DNA from: Pseudodesulfovibrio mercurii
GTDB lineage: Bacteria; Desulfobacterota; Desulfovibrionia; Desulfovibrionales; Desulfovibrionaceae
Direction of reading: 5' to 3'
Assembly (NCBI RefSeq): GCF_000189295.2
Contig: NC_016803.1
Span: forward strand, 120,001 to 152,000
DNA: 32,000 nucleotides
Shown here: positions 8,179-16,904 of the stretch, piece after piece
Position numbering within the stretch: position 1 is the stretch's first letter
Layout of the letters: every line of letters begins with the position of its first letter
Notes under the pieces: model-generated
The model's database searches: none
The model's input: the letters and a program-made list of their open reading frames with translations, nothing else
What the model was told of the DNA's origin: nothing
Made by a program: the position numbers and the translations under genes

Positions 8179-9231
8179 ATGACGGCTTGCATCAGGGCGA
8201 TGATAACGGCGGCGGTCCTGTTGGTTTCGGCGGGGCTGCTGGCCGCCTGCGGCGACGCGCCGAGCCGGGAGCGGGAAACCTCGAACGGGAAACCCGCGGC
8301 GGCCGACTCGTCGGTCGGGACCCTCAAGGCCTCGAAGCCCGTGTTCGCGACCATCGGCACCGGCGGCATTTCCGGGGTCTATTATCCCACGGGCGGGGCC
8401 ATCGCCAACATGGTCAACCTCAAGCGCGACACGTACAACGTCCGGCTCACGGTGGAATCCACGGGCGGGTCGGTCTTCAACATCAATTCGGTCATCGCCG
8501 GGGACCTCCAGTTCGGCATCGCCCAGGCGGACCGCCAGTTCCAGGCCGTGCACGGCATCGCCGAGTGGCGGGAGCGGGGACCGCAGACCAAGCTGCGGGC
8601 CGTGTTCTCCATGCACCCCGAGACCGTGACCCTGGTGGCCGGCGAGGACACCGGCATCCGCGACATCCGCGACCTCAAGGGACACCGGGTGAACATCGGC
8701 AATCCGGGCTCGGGCCAGCACCAGAACTCCCTGGACGCCCTGGAGGCGGCCGGGCTGGCCCTGACGGACATCGAGGCCGTGGAGATCAAGGCCATGGAGG
8801 CCATCGAGATGCTCGAGGCGGGCACCCTGGACGCCTTCTTCTACACCGTGGGGCACCCCTCGGCGGCTATCCTGAAGATCGCCCGGGGCAAGCGCAAGGT
8901 GCGCATCGTGCCCATCACCGGGGTGGACAGCCTGTTCATCCTGCATCCCTACTACGTGCCGTCGCGCGTCAACATGAAGTACTATCCCGATGCGGCCGAC
9001 GCTGGGCGCGACGTGGAGAGCTTCGGGGTCAAGGCCACCCTGGTCACCTCGGTCGACGTGCCGGACCCTGTCGTCTACGCCGTGACCCGCGAGGTCTTCG
9101 AGAATTTCGAGACCTTCAAGGCGCAGCAGCCCGCCTTCGCCGATTTGACAAAAATGGACATGTTGCAGGGGCTGTCCGCTCCCATCCATCCGGGGGCGGC
9201 CCGCTACTACCGCGAAGCCGGGCTGCAATAG
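8179..9231 (+). CDS. TAXI-family TRAP-type solute-binding protein, probable lipoprotein
   Basis: Inside ORF 8146..9231. The start is set at the ATG at 8179 after GGAGGA. Signal plus lipobox: MTACIRAMITAAVLLVSAGLLAAC-G. GTGGISGVYYPTGGAIANMVN and ESTGGSVFNIN resemble the TAXI (immunogenic-protein) family core. Confidence 0.75.
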   Translation: MTACIRAMITAAVLLVSAGLLAACGDAPSRERETSNGKPAAADSSVGTLKASKPVFATIGTGGISGVYYPTGGAIANMVNLKRDTYNVRLTVESTGGSVFNINSVIAGDLQFGIAQADRQFQAVHGIAEWRERGPQTKLRAVFSMHPETVTLVAGEDTGIRDIRDLKGHRVNIGNPGSGQHQNSLDALEAAGLALTDIEAVEIKAMEAIEMLEAGTLDAFFYTVGHPSAAILKIARGKRKVRIVPITGVDSLFILHPYYVPSRVNMKYYPDAADAGRDVESFGVKATLVTSVDVPDPVVYAVTREVFENFETFKAQQPAFADLTKMDMLQGLSAPIHPGAARYYREAGLQ

Positions 9232-9387
9232 GCGTCCGACGCGGTATTCCGTGGGAATGCGGGGGGATGGCGTCTTCCCGGACGACCGGCGCGCGGCCTG
9301 GGTCAGCAGGGTGCCGCCATCCCGGAAAATCGGCATGAAATCGGCACGCTCCGGGTGTTGACAATGTTGTATTTTTCCCCGGATGCC

Positions 9388-9416
9388 TTGACTTTATTTC
9401 CGTTTCGGACAATATT
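9388..9416 (+). promoter_or_regulatory. Candidate sigma-70 promoter for the amino-acid ABC transporter operon
   Basis: TTGACT (9388-9393), a 17-nt spacer, then AATATT (9411-9416). A second TTGACA at 9358-9363 lacks a matching -10. This would give a leader of about 100 nt before the ATG at 9519. Confidence 0.3.
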
Positions 9417-9518
9417 TTCTGTCTGTGACTGGAGCCCTGCCGGTCTGTCCGGGCACGCGGCGGACGGGAGGGGCCTTTTCTCTTTATTTTTCACTTTCAG
9501 GTTCGGAGACAACCGCAA

Positions 9519-10247
<729 letters not shown>

Positions 10248-10286
10248 TTGGCATAACACTGGACATCTCAAGAGAGAGGAGGATTC

Positions 10287-11093
10287 ATGAAACGTTTGGT
10301 ACTGATTCTGGCCCTGGTCCTGTCGTTCGTGTTCGCGGCCAACGCCGCCTTCGCGGGTAAACTGGAGGACGTGAAGGCCAAGGGCGTGCTCGTCTGCGGC
10401 GTCAAGGACTCCGTCAACCTGTTCGGCTTCGTCGATCCCAACACCAAGGAACTGGTCGGCTTTGACGTGGACATCTGCAAGTACATCGCCGACAAGATCG
10501 GTGTGAAGACCGAATTCAAGGTCGTCACCTCCAAGAACCGCATCCCCATGCTGGCCCAGGGTTCCGTGGACATGCTGGCCGCCACCATGACCCACAAGTT
10601 CTCCCGTGACGAGCAGATCGACTTCTCCATCACCTACTTCATGGACGGCCAGAAGCTGCTGGTCGAAAAGGGCTCCGGCATCACCTCCACCGCCGATCTG
10701 GCCAACAAGAAGGTCGGTACCGTGAAGGGCTCCACCTCCGAGAAGAACATCAAGGCCGCCCAGCCCGCCGCCCAGGTCATCTCCTACGACGAGTACCCGC
10801 AGGCCTTCATGGCGCTCAAGCAGGGCAAGGTCAAGGCCGTGACCACCGACTCCGGCATCCTGGCCGGTCTCAAGGCCGGTGACGACAACCCCGAGAAGTG
10901 GGAAATCGTCGGTGCCTTCTTCTCCTCCGAGCCCTACGGTCTCGGCGTGCCGCAGAACGACTCCGAATTCCGCGACTTCGTCAACAAGTGCCTGAACGAG
11001 ATGTGGCTCGACGGCACCTACCACAAGCTCTTCAAGAAGTGGATGGGTTACGACCTGCCCGCCGGCTGGGAGATGGAACTCTGGCCCATGTAA
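10287..11093 (+). CDS. Polar amino-acid ABC transporter, periplasmic substrate-binding protein (SBP family 3)
   Basis: 268 aa with signal peptide MKRLVLILALVLSFVFAANAAFA. GFDVDICKYIADKIG and the overall layout are typical of Gln/His/Arg-type binding proteins. Confidence 0.9.
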   Translation: MKRLVLILALVLSFVFAANAAFAGKLEDVKAKGVLVCGVKDSVNLFGFVDPNTKELVGFDVDICKYIADKIGVKTEFKVVTSKNRIPMLAQGSVDMLAATMTHKFSRDEQIDFSITYFMDGQKLLVEKGSGITSTADLANKKVGTVKGSTSEKNIKAAQPAAQVISYDEYPQAFMALKQGKVKAVTTDSGILAGLKAGDDNPEKWEIVGAFFSSEPYGLGVPQNDSEFRDFVNKCLNEMWLDGTYHKLFKKWMGYDLPAGWEMELWPM

Positions 11094-11110
11094 GGGCGAT
11101 TTAGTCCGAT

Positions 11111-11938
11111 ATGCCGGGAGCGCGAGAGCGCTCCCGGCTCTTGCCGCAACCGCAACCGACGGATGCTATTTTGGAATATACGTTTCATTGGGCCAGGATG
11201 TTTTCGGGCGAACCCGCCCGGTGGATGTGGGAGGGCTTCTGCACCACCATGCAGATTTCGACCATTTCCCTGGTCTCCGCCATGATCCTGGGGATCATCA
11301 TCTGCATCCTGCGCATGACCCCGTTCAAGCCCTTCCAGTGGTTCAGCCTCGCCTACACCGAATTCTTCCGCAACACGCCGCTGCTCATTCAGATTTTCTT
11401 TTGGTACAACGGGGCGCACGTGATCATCCCCGAGGTCATCAACCAGTGGATGAACGACCTCTACTACTGGTTCCCCGGCCCGTTCTCCCTGTTCGGCCAC
11501 CAATTCGTGGGCGAATGGGTGCTGTTCAACGTTGAGTTCATCATGAGCATCATCGCCCTGACCGTGTACACCTCGGCCTTCATCGCCGAGGAGATCCGGG
11601 CGGGCATCTTCTCCATCCCCAAGAACCAGCTGGAGGCGTCCCGCGCCGTGGGCCTTTCCTTTTTGCAGGGATACCGCTACGTGATCCTGCCCCAGGCCCT
11701 GCGCATCGTCATTCCGCCGCTTATTTCCCAGGCCCTGAACCTGATCAAGAACTCGTCCCTGGTCATGGTCCTGGGCGTGACCGACCTTATGTACCAGGCC
11801 ACCCAGATCGAGTCCTACCACGCCATGCCGTTCGAGGCCTTCACCGTTGCCCTGCTGATCTACCTGGCGATCTCGCTGGTCGTCTCGTTCTGCATCACCA
11901 TGTACAACAAGCACTTCATGATTCAGGTCATGTACTAA
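11111..11938 (+). CDS. Polar amino-acid ABC transporter permease 1
   Basis: Polytopic protein with the EAA loop EASRAVGLSFLQGYRYVILPQALRIVIPPL. The start is uncertain. ATG at 11111 gives the longest ORF. An in-frame TTG at 11171 (LEYTFHWARMF..) would give a more typical N-terminus. Confidence 0.85.
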   Translation: MPGARERSRLLPQPQPTDAILEYTFHWARMFSGEPARWMWEGFCTTMQISTISLVSAMILGIIICILRMTPFKPFQWFSLAYTEFFRNTPLLIQIFFWYNGAHVIIPEVINQWMNDLYYWFPGPFSLFGHQFVGEWVLFNVEFIMSIIALTVYTSAFIAEEIRAGIFSIPKNQLEASRAVGLSFLQGYRYVILPQALRIVIPPLISQALNLIKNSSLVMVLGVTDLMYQATQIESYHAMPFEAFTVALLIYLAISLVVSFCITMYNKHFMIQVMY

Positions 11939-11951
11939 GGGAGGGCTTGTC

Positions 11952-12668
11952 ATGCATTGGGATATCGCGTTCAGCAACCTCGATTACTTCCTCTACGGGA
12001 CCACGAACTTCGACTGGCATTTTCCGTTCATCCACAATCCCGAGGGGCTGGTGGCCAGCGTCATCCTGGCCATCTTCGGCATCTTCGGCGCCTTCTGGCT
12101 CGGCCTGGCCGCAGGACTCATGCGCATGTCCCGGCGTTGGTGGATCAAGATTCCCGCGGTCTGCTACATCGAAGTCATCCGCGGCATGCCGCTGCTCCTG
12201 CTCATCTTCTGGTTCTATTACCTGGCTCCGGTCATCACCGGGCAGAACCTGCCCGCCTTTTCCACGACCATGGTCTGTTTCATGATCTTCACCGGGGCCT
12301 ACGTGGGCGAGATCGTCCGCGCGGGCGTCAAGGCGCTGCCCAAGGGCCAGATGGAGGCCGCCCGGTCCACCGGGCTGTCCCACGTCCAGGCCATGCAGCT
12401 GGTCATTCTGCCCCAGGCCCTGCGCAACATGATCCCGTCCTTCGTCAACCAGTTCGTCTCCCTGACCAAGGACACCTCCCTGGCCGCCATCCTCGGCGTC
12501 ATCGAACTGACCCGGACCGGCATCCAGGTGGACAACCGCGAGACGGTCGCCTCCTTCGAGATATGGATCACCATCGCCTGCCTGTACTTCCTGATCTGCT
12601 ATATCCTGACCTCCTACAGCCGTCGGCTGGAGGCCCAGCTGTCGCGCTATCAGGCGCGGGATCGCTAG
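11952..12668 (+). CDS. Polar amino-acid ABC transporter permease 2
   Basis: 238 aa with the EAA loop EAARSTGLSHVQAMQLVILPQALRNMIPSF and about five hydrophobic helices. Confidence 0.9.
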   Translation: MHWDIAFSNLDYFLYGTTNFDWHFPFIHNPEGLVASVILAIFGIFGAFWLGLAAGLMRMSRRWWIKIPAVCYIEVIRGMPLLLLIFWFYYLAPVITGQNLPAFSTTMVCFMIFTGAYVGEIVRAGVKALPKGQMEAARSTGLSHVQAMQLVILPQALRNMIPSFVNQFVSLTKDTSLAAILGVIELTRTGIQVDNRETVASFEIWITIACLYFLICYILTSYSRRLEAQLSRYQARDR

Positions 12669-12710
12669 GAAGCGGGGCGGCTCAAGCCGCCGACCGGGAA
12701 CGACACGAAC

Positions 12711-12760
12711 CGAAACGGTCCGGGAAACGAGTGAAAACTGTTCCGGACCGTTTCGATTTT
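12711..12760 (+). terminator. Hairpin with a short T-tract after the ABC transporter operon
   Basis: CGAAACGGTCCGG (12711-12723) pairs perfectly with CCGGACCGTTTCG (12743-12755), followed by ATTTT. The 19-nt loop is unusually large for an intrinsic terminator. Confidence 0.5.
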
Positions 12761-12792
12761 GCGTAGAAAACAAATCAAGAAACGCTGAAAAC

Positions 12793-13452
12793 ATGTACCG
12801 GGGGGCCGCCGTCTTGACCGACATTACGTTCCAGAGCTTCCAGAAACCCGAGGACATCGAGGCCGAATCCTTCCGGATCATCGACGCCGAGGTGCCCGAG
12901 CCGCGCCCGTTCGCGGGCCCGCAGTGGGACATCGTCCGCCGCATGATCCACACCACGGCGGATTTCGAGATGCTGTCCCTGGTTCGTTTCCACGCAAAGG
13001 CCGTGGAAAACGGGCTGGCCGCCCTGCGCAACGGGGCCGTGATCGTCACGGACACGGAGATGGCGAGGCGCGGCATGCCCGTGCGCCGGCTCGATCCCCT
13101 GGGCTGTTCCGTGCACTGCCTGATGAACGATCCGCGCGTCGTCGAGCGCGCCAAGGTCGAGGGAATCACCCGGGCCAAGGCGGCCGTGGACGTGGCCGTG
13201 GCCGAGTTGAAGCCGGATATTTGGGTCGTGGGCAACGCGCCCACCGCGCTCATCCGGCTGGTTGAGCACGTGGACAACGGGGCCGCGAATCCGCTTCTTG
13301 TGGTCGGCATGCCCGTGGGATTCGTGAACGCGGCCGAGTCCAAGGCGCTGCTCATGAGCCGGGACATCCCGTACATTTCCGTCGAGGGACGCAAGGGCGG
13401 CAGCGCCCTGGCCGCCTCGGTGATCAACGCCCTGGCCGTGCTCGCCGCCTGA
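12793..13452 (+). CDS. cbiC: Cobalt-precorrin-8 / precorrin-8X methylmutase
   Basis: 219 aa. ESFRIID, IHTTADFE, VTDTEM, VVGNAPTAL, GMPVGFVNAAESK and GRKGGSALAASVINAL are the conserved CbiC/CobH blocks. Confidence 0.85.
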   Translation: MYRGAAVLTDITFQSFQKPEDIEAESFRIIDAEVPEPRPFAGPQWDIVRRMIHTTADFEMLSLVRFHAKAVENGLAALRNGAVIVTDTEMARRGMPVRRLDPLGCSVHCLMNDPRVVERAKVEGITRAKAAVDVAVAELKPDIWVVGNAPTALIRLVEHVDNGAANPLLVVGMPVGFVNAAESKALLMSRDIPYISVEGRKGGSALAASVINALAVLAA

Positions 13453-13476
13453 TTTTCGGTTTTTTCCTGTTAAAAA

Positions 13477-13520
13477 ATGCGCCCGGAGGGAAATCCTCCG
13501 GGCGCATTTCGCGTTTTTTC
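13477..13520 (+). terminator. Rho-independent terminator after cbiC
   Basis: Perfect 13-bp stem: ATGCGCCCGGAGG (13477-13489), loop GAAAT, CCTCCGGGCGCAT (13495-13507). It is followed by TTTCGCGTTTTTT and preceded by an A6 run, so it could work in both directions. Confidence 0.75.
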
Positions 13521-13685
13521 GCCATCGGTTTTCGCAAGGCGCGGATCAATTTTTTGAAATCATTGGACACGGCGGAAATTCCTGTTAAAAAGTCTGCTGT
13601 GTACCCTGCGGATAGGGTGCCTTGGGAGAACATTTCGTTTCGCTCGGGCCCGGCCCGAGGAATTTCAGCAGCCCTGGAAGGAGCC

Positions 13686-13976
13686 ATGTCCCGTAAGAAC
13701 AAAGGCAAGAACAAGGTGACCGTCTACCCGGACTGGTGCAAAGGCTGCGGCATTTGCGTCGAGTTCTGTCCGGGCAAGGTCCTGGGCCTGAGCCTGGAAG
13801 GCAAGGCCGTGGTGGAGCGCGAGGAAGACTGTATCCGGTGCGGATTCTGCGAACTGCATTGCCCGGATTTCGCCATCGTGGTCAGCGACAAGGAACCCAT
13901 GGAAAACGGGCTGTCCGACAAGGACGCCGAAACCCCGCCGCCCCCGAAGAGGACGGCCGGGAAGAAGGGGGCTTGA
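13686..13976 (+). CDS. oorD: 2-oxoacid:ferredoxin oxidoreductase, ferredoxin-like (delta) subunit
   Basis: Inside ORF 13554..13976. The start is set at the ATG at 13686 after GGAAGGA. Two 4Fe-4S motifs: CKGCGICVEFCP and CIRCGFCELHCP. It sits directly upstream of the alpha subunit. Substrate specificity cannot be read from the sequence. Confidence 0.8.
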   Translation: MSRKNKGKNKVTVYPDWCKGCGICVEFCPGKVLGLSLEGKAVVEREEDCIRCGFCELHCPDFAIVVSDKEPMENGLSDKDAETPPPPKRTAGKKGA

Positions 13977-13981
13977 CCGAC

Positions 13982-15127
13982 ATGCCCAGACCCAAGAAAC
14001 GGACCGAAATATTCGCGCTGGGCAACGAGGCCGTCGTCCAGGGCGCGCTGCTGGCCGGATGCACGTTCTTCGGCGGCTATCCCATCACCCCGTCCTCGGA
14101 GATCATGGAGATCATGGCCACCCGCCTGCCCGTGATGGAGAACGGGGTGTTCATGCAGATGGAGGACGAGATCGCCAGCATGGGCGCGGTCATCGGGGCC
14201 TCGCTCTCCGGGCGCAAGGCCATGACCGCCACCTCCGGCCCGGGCTTCTCGCTCATGCAGGAGAACCTGGGCTACGCCGTCATGGCCGAGACCCCGCTGG
14301 TCCTGGTCAACGTCATGCGCGGGGGGCCGTCCACCGGGCTGCCCACCAGCCCGGCCCAGGGCGACGTGCAGCAGGCCCGCTGGGGCACCCACGGCGACCA
14401 TCCCATCATCGTCCTGTCGGCCTCCAACGTGCAGGAGTGCCTGGACATGACCATCACGGCCTTCAACATGGCCGAAAAATACCGCACCCCGGTCATCCTG
14501 CTGCTCGACGAGGTCACCTCCCACACCCGGGAGAAGATCGAGATTCCCAACGAGGGCGAGTACGAGGTCTTTTCACGCACCGTGCCGAGCATGCCGCCCG
14601 AGTGGTACAAGCCCTACGAGGAGACCGTGCGCGGCGTGCCGCCCATGCCGCCCATCGGCTCGGGCTACCGCTTCCACGTTACCGGCCTGACCCACGACCG
14701 CAACGGGTTCCCGACCCAGCGGCCCGAGGAGGTGGTCGAGCTCATGGAGCGTATCCACCGCAAGATCGACCAGTTCTTCTACGACATCCAGCTCGTGGAG
14801 GAGATCATGACCGACGACTGCGACGTCTGCGTCATCGCCTACGGCTCGGTGGCCCGCTCGGCCGAACTGGCCGTGCAGCAGGCCCGCAGCCACGGCGTCA
14901 GGGCCGGGCTGCTCAAGCTCATGACCCTGTTCCCGTACCCCCGCAGGCACACGGAGAAGATCCTGGCCCACGCCAAGACCCTGGTGGTCCCGGAAATGAA
15001 CATGGGGCAGATGTCCCGCGAGGTGAAGCGCGTCAACATGGGCCACGCCGCGGTCCGGACCATCAACCGCGTGGACGGCCAGATCGTCACTCCCTCGGAA
15101 ATCCTCAAGGTCATCATGCAGGGGTAG
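13982..15127 (+). CDS. oorA: 2-oxoacid:ferredoxin oxidoreductase, alpha subunit
   Basis: Inside ORF 13736..15127. The start is set at the ATG at 13982 (MPRPKKRTEIFALGNEAVVQGALLAGCTFFGGYPITPSSEI). This is the typical KorA/OorA N-terminus. Confidence 0.9.
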   Translation: MPRPKKRTEIFALGNEAVVQGALLAGCTFFGGYPITPSSEIMEIMATRLPVMENGVFMQMEDEIASMGAVIGASLSGRKAMTATSGPGFSLMQENLGYAVMAETPLVLVNVMRGGPSTGLPTSPAQGDVQQARWGTHGDHPIIVLSASNVQECLDMTITAFNMAEKYRTPVILLLDEVTSHTREKIEIPNEGEYEVFSRTVPSMPPEWYKPYEETVRGVPPMPPIGSGYRFHVTGLTHDRNGFPTQRPEEVVELMERIHRKIDQFFYDIQLVEEIMTDDCDVCVIAYGSVARSAELAVQQARSHGVRAGLLKLMTLFPYPRRHTEKILAHAKTLVVPEMNMGQMSREVKRVNMGHAAVRTINRVDGQIVTPSEILKVIMQG

Positions 15128-15131
15128 CGTC

Positions 15132-15983
15132 ATGAGCAAGATCACCGGCAACGAAATCATCCATCAGTACCTGAGGCACAACAAGAAGTTCCCGCACGTC
15201 CTGTGCGCGGGCTGCGGCCACGGCATCGTGCTCGGCACCCTGATCCGCTCCATCCACTCCCTGGGCATCCCCAAGGACGACGTGGTCGTGGTGGCGGGCA
15301 TCGGCTGTTCCGGGCGGCTGGCCGTGTACGTGGACTTCAACACCGTGCACACCACCCACGGCCGGGCGCTCAGCTTCGCCACGGGCATCAAGATGTCCAA
15401 CCCGAAGCTGCACGTCATCGCCCTCATGGGCGACGGCGACGCCCTGTCCATCGGCGGCAACCACCTGATCCACGCGGCCCGGCGCAACATCGGCGTCACG
15501 GCCATGATCCTGAACAACAGCATCTACGGCATGACCGGCGGACAGAGCTCCCCGGCCACGCCCGAGGGGTCCACCACCATGACCAACCCCTACGGCCAGC
15601 TGGACCACAGCTTCGACACCGTGGAGCTGGCCAGGGGCGCGGGAGCCAACTATGTGGCGCGCGGCACGGTCTTCCACGTCAACCACCTGGAAAAGATCAT
15701 GATCGAGGCCCTGGAGCGGCCCGGCTTCTCCCTGGTGGAGGCCATCACGCCCTGCCACACCCAGTTCGGCCGCAAGAACAACTACAAGACCCCGGTGGAC
15801 ATGTACAAGTGGCTCAAGTCCACGGCCATTCCCCTGGAACGCTACAACGAGCTGCCCGAGGACAAGCGCGCGGACCGCATGCCCATCGGCGTGTTCGTGG
15901 ACCGGGGCCGTCCGGGGTACGAGGAACTGTACTACGCCCGCCAGGAGAACTACCTCAAGCAGGCCGCAAAGGGGGGCAAGTAG
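15132..15983 (+). CDS. oorB: 2-oxoacid:ferredoxin oxidoreductase, beta (TPP-binding) subunit
   Basis: 283 aa. CAGCGHG and the TPP motif ALMGDGDALSIGGNHLIHAARRN...NNSIYGMTGGQ. Confidence 0.9.
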   Translation: MSKITGNEIIHQYLRHNKKFPHVLCAGCGHGIVLGTLIRSIHSLGIPKDDVVVVAGIGCSGRLAVYVDFNTVHTTHGRALSFATGIKMSNPKLHVIALMGDGDALSIGGNHLIHAARRNIGVTAMILNNSIYGMTGGQSSPATPEGSTTMTNPYGQLDHSFDTVELARGAGANYVARGTVFHVNHLEKIMIEALERPGFSLVEAITPCHTQFGRKNNYKTPVDMYKWLKSTAIPLERYNELPEDKRADRMPIGVFVDRGRPGYEELYYARQENYLKQAAKGGK

Positions 15984-16589
15984 ATGAAGGCGCTACAGGA
16001 ACTCGACCGTTTCGAAATCCGTTTCTCCGGCCTCGGCGGCCAGGGCATCATCACCCTCGGCAAGATCATGGGCCAGGGACTGGCGCTCGGTCACGGCTAC
16101 AACGTCACCCAGACCCAGAGCTACGGTCCCGAGGCGCGCGGCGGCTCGAGCAAGTGCGACCTGGTCATCAGCTCCAGGCGAATCAGCTACCCCAAGGCCG
16201 AATCCCTGGACCTGCTCGTGGCCCTGTCCCAGGAGGCGTGCAACGCCTACTTCCCGTACCTCAAGAAGGGCGGCATCCTGGTCCTTGAATCCGACCTGGT
16301 CAAGCAGCCGCCCACCAACCAGTACCTCGGCCTGCCGTTCACCGGCCTGGCCAAGGACAAGATCGGCAACGTCCAGGCCATGAACACCGTGGTCCTCGGG
16401 GCGCTGTCCTTCCTCCTGCCCTTCATCAACCAGGCGACCATGCGCAAGACCCTGGAATCCGTGCTTCCGGCCAAGATTCGCGCCCTGAACGTCAAGGCCT
16501 TCAACCTCGGCCACAGGCTGGCCAGGAAGGAGTGGGGCGAGGACGCGGGCGAGGTCTGGCGCGTGGAGGAATACGGCGAGATCGACTGA
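15984..16589 (+). CDS. oorC: 2-oxoacid:ferredoxin oxidoreductase, gamma subunit
   Basis: 201 aa. GLGGQGIITLGKIMG and SYGPEARGG are gamma-subunit motifs. Its ATG directly abuts the beta-subunit stop (TAGATG). Confidence 0.85.
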   Translation: MKALQELDRFEIRFSGLGGQGIITLGKIMGQGLALGHGYNVTQTQSYGPEARGGSSKCDLVISSRRISYPKAESLDLLVALSQEACNAYFPYLKKGGILVLESDLVKQPPTNQYLGLPFTGLAKDKIGNVQAMNTVVLGALSFLLPFINQATMRKTLESVLPAKIRALNVKAFNLGHRLARKEWGEDAGEVWRVEEYGEID

Positions 16590-16613
16590 TCCCCGTCGGA
16601 TACGGAACTCCAA

Positions 16614-16646
16614 GGTGGGGGCGGCGTTGCCGCCTCCACCTTTTTC
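16614..16646 (+). terminator. Rho-independent terminator of the oor operon
   Basis: GGTGGGGGCGGC (16615-16626), loop GTT, GCCGCCTCCACC (16630-16641, with one G-T pair), then TTTTT (16642-16646). Confidence 0.7.
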
Positions 16647-16853
16647 ATGTCTGCGGCGCGCTCTTCCCTCGACGGCATGGTCCGCTCCGTGACGCATTCG
16701 TCCGGGACATGGGGCCGGGGCGGGGGCGAAGGGCAGGCAGGTTGCACGTCCAGGTAAAAAAAATCGACATCTTGTATGGACTTCTTAACAGTTCTTAAGG
16801 CTCAACTGTGATCATATGATTTAAAATATAATAATTCATGCGTGTTATATGCG

Positions 16854-16869
16854 TGGTACGGGACTTGCT
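16854..16869 (+). promoter_or_regulatory. Sigma-54 (-24/-12) promoter candidate for the NIDO/PEP-CTERM gene
   Basis: TGGTAC-GGGAC-TTGCT compares with the consensus TGGCAC-N5-TTGCW. GG (16855-16856) and GC (16867-16868) are separated by exactly 10 nt. It lies about 37 nt upstream of the ATG at 16905, and GAGGAGG follows as the RBS. An AT-rich block suitable for IHF or DNA bending lies just upstream (16790-16840). Confidence 0.55.
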
Positions 16870-16904
16870 TCTTAATATCGTGTTTATAATTTTGAGGAGG
16901 TATC

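Noticed and set aside
9421-9495. Possible leader attenuator in the ABC transporter 5' region. A GC-rich segment is followed by the T-rich tract TTTTCTCTTTATTTTT (9476-9491).
   Set aside because: I could only build short, bulged stems (for example GTCCG/CGGAC) in front of the T-tract. There is no convincing terminator hairpin and no leader peptide ORF.
13554-13685. Upstream ATG at 13554 as the start of the ferredoxin subunit. It would add 44 residues, MKSLDTAEIPVKK...
   Set aside because: The extension has no ferredoxin-like sequence and no RBS. The ATG at 13686 has a GGAAGGA RBS and gives a typical ~96-aa two-cluster delta subunit. The start remains formally unproven.
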